Source: a virus
Direction: 5' to 3' (one strand)
DNA: 64,000 nt
Virus record (IMG/VR): IMGVR_UViG_3300025121_000045
Span: 8,825-72,824 of that record
A model generated the notes under the pieces. The model was given only the letters and a program-made list of their open reading frames with translations. It ran no database searches and was not told the DNA's origin. How positions within the stretch are numbered: position 1 is the stretch's first letter; every line of letters begins with the position of its first letter. Positions 1 to 6,573 of the stretch are shown piece after piece. The position numbers were made by a program, and so were the translations under genes.

Positions 1-28
1 AACGTTTATTTGTCATAACAACATTCAA

Positions 29-271
29 TTGAGATTGATTATGTGGCATGATTTAAAACGTGTTGCAGAAGAGAAGTTTCTGGACACATCGGCTTTTGAA
101 AAGTTTGCGATGGAACTGGAAAATGTATCTCGATACAGCATTTATAATTACCAGGTGAGCTCTTGGCATGTAGATGCTCTCGTAAAAGCGTACCGGGATC
201 AGAGACCCAATTACGAGGCCGAATATGACCGAGTAGCTCAGGAGCAAATTGCAAAACGACGTGCTTGGTAA
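29..271 (+). CDS. hypothetical protein
   Basis: 80-aa ORF on the main coding strand; start uncertain (ATG at 41 possible). Confidence 0.5.
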   Translation: MRLIMWHDLKRVAEEKFLDTSAFEKFAMELENVSRYSIYNYQVSSWHVDALVKAYRDQRPNYEAEYDRVAQEQIAKRRAW

Positions 272-291
272 TGTAAACTATTTAATAATAT

Positions 292-328
292 GGGGTAGCG
301 CCAACGCGGGAGAGTTGGACTTGGCTTT
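292..328 (+). pseudogene. orphan tRNA 5' half, truncated in the anticodon loop
   Basis: GGGGTAG-CG-CCAAC-GCGGGAGA-GTTGG-A-CTTGG-CT-TTT gives an acceptor 5' strand, a 5-bp D stem and an anticodon 5' strand; no CTACCCC acceptor 3' strand follows. Confidence 0.6.
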
Positions 329-360
329 TTGAACTTAATATTACTAATCCGTTTATACTA

Positions 361-392
361 AATATCTCCAAGTAGGTTCGATTGGAGATATT
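361..392 (+). promoter_or_regulatory. RBS-sequestering hairpin of the HNH gene
   Basis: perfect 11-bp inverted repeat AATATCTCCAA/TTGGAGATATT covering the GGAG Shine-Dalgarno and ending at ATG 393. Confidence 0.75.
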
Positions 393-1184
393 ATGAAAAC
401 ATGTGAGTCGTGTTCTAATGAACACCTGGGTAATTATGGTTCAGGAAGATTTTGTAATGTAAAATGTTCAAGGTCCTTTTCAACTAAAGCAAAAAGACTT
501 GAAATAAATTCAAAAGTTTCCAAAACTTTATCTGGAAATGAAAAGGATGTAGATCAGAAATTAAAATTACGAAATAGTCATTTAAAAAGACTTAGAGTGA
601 CAGAAAAAGTATATGAACATAAAATAAATGCAAATTGCTTTACAAGAGGCGGGAGCATTTATAATGTGGTGTGTAGAAATTGTTTATGTGATTTTGAAAC
701 AACTATAATAGAACAAGAGTTTTGTTCTAGTTCGTGTACCGCGACATTTAATCAAACTGGAAAAAGATTAAGTGACAAGCATAAAAATTCTATTTCGGAA
801 GCTCTAAAAGAAAAATATAAGGGTAAGATTTTTTCTGATGAGGAGAGGAAGATTTTATCTTTAGCAGTTGGATCTTACACAAAGGGTAAATTCAAAAGCG
901 GTCACATTAATTCTATATGGGATGGTTCCTCTAGAACACGATTAAAAATCTTGAAAAGATTAAATTGTAGTACAGTTTGTGTTTCGTGTGGTTGGGATAA
1001 AGATGAATGCGATGTTCATCATATAAGGGGAAGAAAAATAGAAAACCCACATGCACATTCCAATTTGATTTTACTATGCCCAAACTGTCATAGATTAGTA
1101 CATAAAGGTAAACTGTCTCTATTAGGTCTTAAAACATTAGAAGATTTGTTTCCTTCAAATTGGAAAGATATGTATTTTGGATAA
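393..1184 (+). CDS. HNH homing endonuclease with Zn-ribbon/NUMOD-like DNA-binding repeats
   Basis: C-terminal CVSCG..DVHHI..SNLILLCPNCHRLVH; multiple CxxC motifs. Confidence 0.85.
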   Translation: MKTCESCSNEHLGNYGSGRFCNVKCSRSFSTKAKRLEINSKVSKTLSGNEKDVDQKLKLRNSHLKRLRVTEKVYEHKINANCFTRGGSIYNVVCRNCLCDFETTIIEQEFCSSSCTATFNQTGKRLSDKHKNSISEALKEKYKGKIFSDEERKILSLAVGSYTKGKFKSGHINSIWDGSSRTRLKILKRLNCSTVCVSCGWDKDECDVHHIRGRKIENPHAHSNLILLCPNCHRLVHKGKLSLLGLKTLEDLFPSNWKDMYFG

Positions 1185-1185
1185 G

Positions 1186-1209
1186 TGGTGGAGGCTTCGG
1201 CCTCCACCA
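1186..1209 (+). other. stable C(UUCG)G hairpin (mRNA stabiliser/processing element)
   Basis: TGGTGGAGGC-TTCG-GCCTCCACCA, 10-bp perfect stem, no U-tract, directly followed by an AGGAG RBS. Confidence 0.6.
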
Positions 1210-1218
1210 GGAGTAAGT

Positions 1219-1449
1219 ATGAAAATCAAGGTTGACGACAAAGTTGCTCTAAAACGTGACATTTACAGGACCTCTCACATTACGAGAGAGGTCGAGCTTT
1301 ATGCCTCAAAGGGTGAGACAGGGTCTGTAGAAAATGTATTTCCGAGTTCAGGGTCGGGACATATGTCCAAAGATGTAAGGTGGAATGCAAAAGTACGAAT
1401 TGGTAATGTCTTGAAAACTTTTCGTGTTACAAGCTTAGAGGTTGTTTAG
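1219..1449 (+). CDS. hypothetical protein (SH3-like beta pattern)
   Basis: AGGAG RBS upstream of ATG 1219; MKIKVDDKV...GETGSV pattern. Confidence 0.6.
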   Translation: MKIKVDDKVALKRDIYRTSHITREVELYASKGETGSVENVFPSSGSGHMSKDVRWNAKVRIGNVLKTFRVTSLEVV

Positions 1450-1462
1450 GTTTTAGAAAATT

Positions 1463-1536
1463 GGGTCCATAATTCAATGGAAGAATCTCCGGCTTTTAAC
1501 CGGATTACCTCGGATCAATACCGAGTGGACCCACCA
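1463..1536 (+). tRNA. tRNA-Lys(UUU)
   Basis: full cloverleaf GGGTCCA/TGGACCC, anticodon arm TCCGG-CTTTTAA-CCGGA, T loop ATCAATA, encoded CCA. Confidence 0.9.
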
Positions 1537-1543
1537 AATTAAT

Positions 1544-1623
1544 GGGGTTGTAGCCTAGAGGCCAGGCATCTGACTCTTAATCAGCGGCGTAAGCCAACGC
1601 AGGTTCGAATCCTGCCAGCCCCA
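1544..1623 (+). tRNA. tRNA-Lys(CUU) with long variable arm
   Basis: GGGGTTG/CAGCCCC, CTGA-CTCTTAA-TCAG, V arm GGC-GTAA-GCC, T loop TTCGAAT; ends ACTA (CCA not encoded). Confidence 0.85.
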
Positions 1624-1713
1624 CTAAAAAGATACAAAAAGTATCTGAGAAAAGAGACTAAGTAATCGTTACTATGATGTGAACGTGACATAAACCAAAA
1701 CACGGAGCGCATC

Positions 1714-1926
1714 ATGAACGGCATTAAGGTTGGCTACCGGGCGAGTGGTAAGAAAATTCAGGATTATGCAATCATCCTGTTTTCAATGTTGTTTGTGCAG
1801 GAGTTCGGTATGACAGCCGGACTGGTATTTGGTGGAATGTGTGTGATCCTTGTGTGTGTTGTATATTACCAACTCGGCAAAGAACACAATCCGTTCCGTG
1901 ATATGAAACGTAAACTGACTCGATGA
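1714..1926 (+). CDS. small membrane protein
   Basis: GGAG RBS; two hydrophobic segments. Confidence 0.6.
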   Translation: MNGIKVGYRASGKKIQDYAIILFSMLFVQEFGMTAGLVFGGMCVILVCVVYYQLGKEHNPFRDMKRKLTR

Positions 1927-1931
1927 AATAT

Positions 1932-2015
1932 GGGTGTGTTGAGCAGGTGATGGGCTCATCTGGCTGTAAACCAGACTCTTCGGACGTGTAGGTTTGATTC
2001 CTTCCGCACCCACCA
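1932..2015 (+). tRNA. tRNA-Tyr(GUA)
   Basis: GGGTGTG/CGCACCC, TCTGG-CTGTAAA-CCAGA, long V arm, T loop TTTGATT, CCA. Confidence 0.88.
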
Positions 2016-2268
2016 ATTTTAATGTTTAAGAGGAGTATTGTGGAAGTTCCATACACTGGGAAATGTGCAAAAGAGCAGGAAAAGCGCCGTCGCAGGCTGT
2101 ATGCGGATACTCCTCGGCGCTTTGTTTCTGGAAAGAAAAACCTCGGTGCAAAGGGGCTTTGAATCCTTGCCTCTGAAAAAGAGGTAGAAAAAATTGCTCT
2201 TCAGGATCTTAATAACATAGATCTTGATTAACGAAAGGCTTTTGGTTATTGTTTAGTATAGTAACGAT

Positions 2269-2343
2269 GGCTCCGTGGTATAAAGAATGTGCACCGATCT
2301 TCTAAATCGGATTATAAAGGTTTGAGTCCTTTCGGAGTCACCA
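2269..2343 (+). tRNA. tRNA-Arg(UCU)
   Basis: GGCTCCG/CGGAGTC, CCGAT-CTTCTAA-ATCGG, T loop TTTGAGT, CCA. Confidence 0.85.
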
Positions 2344-2350
2344 GCAAGGA

Positions 2351-2416
2351 GCACGATTTAGAGAAAGCTATAGATTTTTCTAAATCGGTCGGTAGAAGGC
2401 CGACGCAACACGGTGC
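2351..2416 (+). other. structured inter-tRNA element (two hairpins in a closing stem)
   Basis: CGATTTAGAGAAA/TTTTTCTAAATCG, GTCGGT/GCCGAC, GCAC/GTGC. Confidence 0.4.
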
Positions 2417-2440
2417 GATAATTCGTGGAATCTTTTAAAT

Positions 2441-2517
2441 GCGCTTGTAGCTCAATTGGATAGAGTACTGGTCTTCTAAACCGGGGGTTGCAGGTTCGAA
2501 ACCTGCCAGGCGCACCA
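2441..2517 (+). tRNA. tRNA-Arg(UCU)
   Basis: GCGCTTG/CAGGCGC, CTGGT-CTTCTAA-ACCGG, TTCGAAA, CCA. Confidence 0.92.
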
Positions 2518-2518
2518 T

Positions 2519-2677
2519 ATAGCAGAAAAAGGCGAAGTACAAGCTGGAGGAGTTGAAGTTCATTGGCGGTTTAGGTTATGTTTATTACGCTGGCGTTAAC
2601 CGACGTGTAATAAATGGGTTCGAATCCCTTGCTAGGTCGCAAGCCCAGCAAATGCCGCTTCAACGAATCACTGCTAT
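2519..2677 (+). ncRNA. structured ncRNA with a T loop, candidate Y RNA (YrlA-like)
   Basis: ends pair (ATAGCAG/CTGCTAT; GTTGAAG/CTTCAAC); internal TTTATTAC/GTAATAAA, GGG-TTCGAAT-CCC and TTGCT/AGCAA; GGCGAAG near the 5' end. Confidence 0.55.
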
Positions 2678-2709
2678 TTTGATTTTAAAAATCAAGTTGT
2701 GTAATATGT

Positions 2710-2784
2710 GGCCGAGTATATCAAAGGAAGATGGCCTCTCTTACAAAGAGGAGGTAGCGGGATCAATACCCGCCTCGGCTACCA
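2710..2784 (+). tRNA. tRNA-Val(UAC)
   Basis: GGCCGAG/CTCGGCT, CCTCT-CTTACAA-AGAGG, T loop ATCAATA, CCA. Confidence 0.88.
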
Positions 2785-2787
2785 AAT

Positions 2788-2822
2788 AGGCTACAGAAGT
2801 TCGATTCTTCTATCGCCTACCA
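2788..2822 (+). pseudogene. tRNA remnant / minihelix (T arm + acceptor end + CCA)
   Basis: AGGC..AGAAG-TTCGATT-CTTCT-ATCGCCT-ACCA; D and anticodon arms absent. Confidence 0.6.
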
Positions 2823-2839
2823 AGTTTATTTTAGTTTAT

Positions 2840-2916
2840 CCGACCGTCATCCAATCCGGTTAAGATGCCGTGCTGATAACGCGGTCATGGAGATTCAAAT
2901 TCTCCCGGTCGGACCA
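2840..2916 (+). tRNA. tRNA-Ile(GAU)
   Basis: CCGACCG/CGGTCGG, CCGTG-CTGATAA-CGCGG, TTCAAAT, CCA. Confidence 0.88.
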
Positions 2917-2937
2917 ATGTCTGCTGTAATAATAAAA

Positions 2938-3516
2938 ATGGGGTCTCGAAAACATATTAAAGAAGCCTTAGTTGAAGCTATGGGCGGAAAATGCTCTGTT
3001 TGTGGCTATAATAATACTTTAGAAGCTTTATGTTTTCATCATGTTGACCCAAAACAAAAAACTTTCAATTTTGGGTCTTATCATGTTTTGAATTTTACGA
3101 AATTCAAAGAAGAGATGTTAAAGTGTGTTCTCTTATGTTGTAGATGTCATTCAGAAATACATTCTGGTTATATTCCGCAAGAAAAGGTATTAGAAATATA
3201 TAAGCCGGAAATTTATAAAAATATTGTATTGCAAGAACGTAAAATAGTCAGAAACTGTCCTATAATTAATTGTAGAATATGTGATACTGAATTTCAAACT
3301 ACTAGTAATGGACAAAAATATTGTAGTAATAAATGCAGCTCTATATCCAGTAGAAAATTTGAAATTTCAAAAGAAAAATTAGAAGGGCTTGTGAATACTA
3401 AACCCTTAATAAAGATAGGTAACATGTTTGGTGTTTCAGAAGCAGCAATACGTAAAAAGTGCGAGGTTTATGGTATTCTTTACAAGAAACGAGACTTGAA
3501 TAAAACACAAACATAA
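2938..3516 (+). CDS. HNH homing endonuclease with C-terminal HTH
   Basis: CSVCGY..LCFHHVDP..LLCCRCHSEIH; C-terminal IGNMFGVSEAAIRKKC; start moved to the ATG downstream of tRNA-Ile. Confidence 0.85.
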   Translation: MGSRKHIKEALVEAMGGKCSVCGYNNTLEALCFHHVDPKQKTFNFGSYHVLNFTKFKEEMLKCVLLCCRCHSEIHSGYIPQEKVLEIYKPEIYKNIVLQERKIVRNCPIINCRICDTEFQTTSNGQKYCSNKCSSISSRKFEISKEKLEGLVNTKPLIKIGNMFGVSEAAIRKKCEVYGILYKKRDLNKTQT

Positions 3517-3521
3517 AAATC

Positions 3522-3549
3522 AAAGGTTCAACTCCTTCTCGTCGCACCA
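3522..3549 (+). pseudogene. 3' remnant of a tRNA-Ile-like gene
   Basis: AAAGG-TTCAACT-CCTTC-TCGTCGC-ACCA resembles the 3' end of the tRNA-Ile at 4443-4520. Confidence 0.6.
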
Positions 3550-3556
3550 AGATTTA

Positions 3557-3603
3557 CGACATAAAGGGTTTAGAGTTGACCTTATGTCGATTATAACAAC
3601 TCT
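3557..3603 (+). ncRNA. H-type pseudoknot element 1 upstream of a tRNA
   Basis: S1 CGACATAA/TTATGTCG, S2 AGAGTTG/CAACTCT, then TT and tRNA G+1. Confidence 0.65.
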
Positions 3604-3605
3604 TT

Positions 3606-3679
3606 GGGTCCATAGTTCAATGGTAGAACATCTGGCTCTTAACCAGACTACGAAAGTTCGATTCTTTCTGGACCCACCA
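3606..3679 (+). tRNA. tRNA-Lys(CUU)
   Basis: GGGTCCA/TGGACCC, TCTGG-CTCTTAA-CCAGA, TTCGATT, CCA. Confidence 0.92.
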
Positions 3680-3700
3680 ATGTTTTTAATGTGGTAATGA

Positions 3701-4438
3701 ATGGTTTGTATAAAGTGTGGGTTAAATTTCCCTCATCTCTTGATGATAAAAGGTAGACAAGAAGATTTAAGTAATAGGGTATATTGTTTATCTTGTTGTC
3801 CTTTTGGTATTAAAAATATTAGAGATTTCGTAGATCCTTTAAATGAAGAAACAGAAGTTGAAATAGATTTTAGAGGAACATTTAAACGAGCTTTAGTAAT
3901 AGCTATGGGTAACAAATGTGCCATATGTGGTTACAAGGCTACAATACAAGCTTTATGTATTCATCATATAGATCCGTCCAAGAAAACATTTAGTTTTGGA
4001 TCCTATAATGTGTTGAATTTCGAAAAATATAACTTGGAGATGAAAAATTGTTTGTTATTATGTCTTAATTGTCATTCAGAAATACATTCTAAACATATCC
4101 CAGAAGAAAAAGTTTTAGAAGTGTATAAGCCAGAGTTGTATAAAACTTTGGTCGCTAAGAAAAGACTTTTAAAAAAGGTTTACCCTATAGTAGATTGCAA
4201 AGTTTGTAATAAACAATATCAACCTTCTACGGGAAACCAAAAGTATTGTTCTAATGAATGTCAAAGTATCGGTAAGAAGAAGTTTGACATAACAAAAATA
4301 AAATTGGAACTCTTAATAAGAGAGAAACACCCTGTAGAAATAGGGAAGTTATTTAATGTATCAGAAGCAAGTGTAAGGAAAAGATGCGAGAAATATGGAA
4401 TTTCATATAAAAAGAAATACATGAAAGTCAGAAATTAG
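3701..4438 (+). CDS. HNH homing endonuclease, paralog of 2938-3516
   Basis: CAICGY..LCIHHIDP..LLCLNCHSEIH; same C-terminal HTH-like tail. Confidence 0.85.
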   Translation: MVCIKCGLNFPHLLMIKGRQEDLSNRVYCLSCCPFGIKNIRDFVDPLNEETEVEIDFRGTFKRALVIAMGNKCAICGYKATIQALCIHHIDPSKKTFSFGSYNVLNFEKYNLEMKNCLLLCLNCHSEIHSKHIPEEKVLEVYKPELYKTLVAKKRLLKKVYPIVDCKVCNKQYQPSTGNQKYCSNECQSIGKKKFDITKIKLELLIREKHPVEIGKLFNVSEASVRKRCEKYGISYKKKYMKVRN

Positions 4439-4442
4439 ATAT

Positions 4443-4520
4443 GTGACGGTGGCCAAGTCTGGTTAAGGCTCTGTGCTGATAACGCAGAAACCGGAGGTTC
4501 AAATCCTCCCCGTCACACCA
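4443..4520 (+). tRNA. tRNA-Ile(GAU)
   Basis: GTGACGG/CCGTCAC, CTGTG-CTGATAA-CGCAG, TTCAAAT, CCA. Confidence 0.9.
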
Positions 4521-4527
4521 AGTTTTA

Positions 4528-4573
4528 GACGTACAAGGTTTAGGGTTGACTGTACGTTGAATATAACAACCCT
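4528..4573 (+). ncRNA. H-type pseudoknot element 2
   Basis: S1 GACGTACA/TGTACGTT, S2 AGGGTTG/CAACCCT, then TT and tRNA G+1. Confidence 0.65.
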
Positions 4574-4575
4574 TT

Positions 4576-4652
4576 GGGCAGGTAGTTCAACAGATTAGAA
4601 TGTCGATCTCTTAAATCGAAAGATGTGGGTTTGACTCCCACCCAGCCCACCA
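4576..4652 (+). tRNA. tRNA-Lys(CUU)
   Basis: GGGCAGG/CCAGCCC (one mismatch), TCGAT-CTCTTAA-ATCGA, T loop TTTGACT, CCA. Confidence 0.85.
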
Positions 4653-4656
4653 AGTA

Positions 4657-5058
4657 TTGGAGTTTAGAGTGTTATTACATAGAAGCACAGTAGATGCATG
4701 TATTAAAGCCTTAGAGGCTTATAGTGAATCTTTAAAGGGTGTTGAAAGAGATCATATTATAGGGTTGATATGTGAGCTAGAAGGAGAAGCTTCTAACATG
4801 GGTCATATATCTTATGATCCTACGTATCCAGATTTTGTGGAAACAAAATGGGGTTATGAAGTTAGTTTGGACACGGTAGGGCCAAACGTTGTTCAAGTAA
4901 TGAAATTAATAAGAGAAACAGTTGGTTTAGAACTACAAAAGCTACAGGCAATGATACGTAGTGTACCCGCAATTCTTTTATCCGAAATGAGTAAAGAAGA
5001 CGCGGAATGTATAAAGCAAAAGTTTGAAGCTGTTGGGGCTACAGTATCTTTTAAGTGA
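4657..5058 (+). CDS. protein with a C-terminal ribosomal protein bL12 (L7/L12) CTD
   Basis: YEVSLDTVGPNVVQVMKLIRETVGLEL..VPAILLSEMSKEDAECIKQKFEAVGATVSFK matches the bL12 C-terminal domain pattern. Confidence 0.75.
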   Translation: MEFRVLLHRSTVDACIKALEAYSESLKGVERDHIIGLICELEGEASNMGHISYDPTYPDFVETKWGYEVSLDTVGPNVVQVMKLIRETVGLELQKLQAMIRSVPAILLSEMSKEDAECIKQKFEAVGATVSFK

Positions 5059-5117
5059 GTCCATATTCCATCTAAATAATGGATCTTTTGTTCCGTGTAT
5101 ATAACATGGAGGACGTT

Positions 5118-5279
5118 ATGGAAGAAAAAGCTAGATTGGTATGGTGTAAAGGTACTTGGCCAGAAGACAATTATGAGGATTTTAAGGTTTTCCAGGTTCG
5201 TCCAGATGAAACTGACGAAGATGCCTTTAAACGGGCAGAGGAAGCGTATAGCGTAGAGAATGAGTTTTATATTAAGTAA
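5118..5279 (+). CDS. small acidic hypothetical protein
   Basis: GGAGG RBS before ATG 5118. Confidence 0.55.
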   Translation: MEEKARLVWCKGTWPEDNYEDFKVFQVRPDETDEDAFKRAEEAYSVENEFYIK

Positions 5280-5284
5280 TATCT

Positions 5285-5369
5285 GGGGTCGTGGTATATC
5301 GGCTGTACACCGGACTTTTAATCCGTGACCGAAAGGTCTAGGTAGGTTCGACTCCTACCGGCCCAACCA
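5285..5369 (+). tRNA. tRNA-Lys(UUU) with long variable arm
   Basis: GGGGTCG/CGGCCCA, CGGA-CTTTTAA-TCCG, V arm GACC-GAAA-GGTC, TTCGACT, CCA. Confidence 0.85.
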
Positions 5370-5378
5370 TGTTAATTT

Positions 5379-5454
5379 GGGTCCTTAGCTCAGCAGGTAG
5401 AGCATCTGGCTTTTAACCAGAGGGTGCCCGGATCAAGACCGGGAGGACCCACCA
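5379..5454 (+). tRNA. tRNA-Lys(UUU)
   Basis: GGGTCCT/AGGACCC, TCTGG-CTTTTAA-CCAGA, T loop ATCAAGA, CCA. Confidence 0.92.
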
Positions 5455-5490
5455 AACTTGTCTTATGTTATTTTTGCACTAATGTTTTTG

Positions 5491-5528
5491 TATAAATCCT
5501 CATATGTAAATTAATTTGAGGATTTATA
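5491..5528 (+). promoter_or_regulatory. RBS-sequestering hairpin of the HNH gene
   Basis: TATAAATCCTCA/TGAGGATTTATA perfect 12-bp stem covering GAGGA and the A of ATG 5528. Confidence 0.75.
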
Positions 5529-6271
5529 TGAGAATTAGAACAAGTCCTATATGGGATCTTCCAAAAGAAGAGTTTGAGTCTTTAGTAGCAAAGAGTGAAA
5601 CTTTTACAGCAATATTAGCTCATGTTGGATTACGAAATATCGGCCATAATTGGAAAACTCTAAGAACCCGACTTTTAGAAGATGGAATAGACTTTAGTCA
5701 TATAGGTACTGGTCGTACTTGGGCAAAAGGTAAATTTTTTAGAAGAGCTTCAAATGAAGAAGTTTTTGTAAAAGGTCCTGGTTACGGCAAAAGTCATATA
5801 AAAGAAAGAATAATAAAAGAAAACCTATTATCATATATATGTGCTAATTGTAAACTAGAGCCAGTTTGGAATGGTGAAAAATTAGTTTTGCATTTAGACC
5901 ATATTAACGGTGACGGAACTGATGACAGATTAGAGAATTTAAGATTTTTATGTCCTAACTGTCACAGTCAAACAAAAACTTATACAGGTAGGAATAAAAT
6001 ACTAGGAAGGCATGTTCCAAAATATTGTATAGATTGTAATAAACAGGTATCTCATAATCAATATGATAGATGTTTTTTATGTTCTCAAAAATGGAGAGGT
6101 TTAACACAGAGAAAATTTGACCCCTCAAAAGAGGAGTTAGAAAATTTAGTAAAGTCTAATTCTATAATAGACATAGGATTGATGTTTAATGTGTCTGAAG
6201 CTGCTGTAAGGAAAAGATGTGAGCTTTTAGGCATACTGTATAAGAAAAAAGATTTAAAAATGCGCCTCTAG
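5528..6271 (+). CDS. HNH homing endonuclease
   Basis: CANC..LHLDHINGDGTDDRLENLRFLCPNCHSQT; HTH tail; the stop codon lies inside the next tRNA. Confidence 0.9.
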   Translation: MRIRTSPIWDLPKEEFESLVAKSETFTAILAHVGLRNIGHNWKTLRTRLLEDGIDFSHIGTGRTWAKGKFFRRASNEEVFVKGPGYGKSHIKERIIKENLLSYICANCKLEPVWNGEKLVLHLDHINGDGTDDRLENLRFLCPNCHSQTKTYTGRNKILGRHVPKYCIDCNKQVSHNQYDRCFLCSQKWRGLTQRKFDPSKEELENLVKSNSIIDIGLMFNVSEAAVRKRCELLGILYKKKDLKMRL

Positions 6272-6337
6272 CTCAACGGATAGAGCAAGGGTTTACGAAG
6301 CCCAAGACGGTGAGTTCAATTCTCCCGAGGCGCTCCA
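6262..6337 (+). tRNA. tRNA-Arg(ACG)
   Basis: GCGCCTC/GAGGCGC, GGGT-TTACGAA-GCCC, TTCAATT, CCA. Confidence 0.85.
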
Positions 6338-6361
6338 GACGATTATATTAAGACCTCGTCC

Positions 6362-6409
6362 TAACATCAGAACTATAAGGTTGGCCTGATGTTAAGTATT
6401 TTCAACTTT
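6362..6409 (+). ncRNA. H-type pseudoknot element 3
   Basis: S1 TAACATCAG/CTGATGTTA, S2 AAGGTTG/CAACTTT, then TT and tRNA G+1. Confidence 0.6.
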
Positions 6410-6411
6410 TT

Positions 6412-6486
6412 GGACCATTAGCTCATCGGACAGAGCAACTGCCTTCGAAGCAGAAGAGGGGTGTTCAATTCACCCATGGTCCTCCA
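6412..6486 (+). tRNA. tRNA-Arg(UCG)
   Basis: GGACCAT/ATGGTCC, CTGC-CTTCGAA-GCAG, TTCAATT, CCA. Confidence 0.88.
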
Positions 6487-6498
6487 ATAATATTCAAT

Positions 6499-6573
6499 AG
6501 GGGTCAGCGTAGGTTGTGCCTAAAGGACTCCAAATCCTTTTAGCGATGGGTTCAAATCCCTCGGCCCCTGCCA
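6499..6573 (+). tRNA. tRNA-Trp(CCA), atypical D arm
   Basis: AGGGGTC/GGCCCCT, AAGGA-CTCCAAA-TCCTT, TTCAAAT, G73-CCA; D arm TAGG-TTGTG-CCTA. Confidence 0.75.

Noticed and set aside
1186-1209. Rho-independent terminator or tRNA 3' half
   Set aside because: No U-tract and no T-loop consensus; it is directly followed by an RBS
292-1210. Group I intron (with HNH) interrupting a tRNA anticodon loop
   Set aside because: No intron core is visible after the HNH stop and no matching 3' acceptor strand (CTACCCC-NCCA) follows; treated as a truncated tRNA
1772-2056. Minus-strand ORFs over tRNA-Tyr
   Set aside because: Antisense shadows of the tRNA and the membrane-protein gene
2553-2789. 78-aa ORF from the track
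   Set aside because: It overlaps the structured ncRNA and tRNA-Val and has no protein features, though a GGAGG precedes it
2887-2937. N-terminal extension of the HNH ORF
   Set aside because: It begins inside tRNA-Ile; ATG 2938 is the more plausible start
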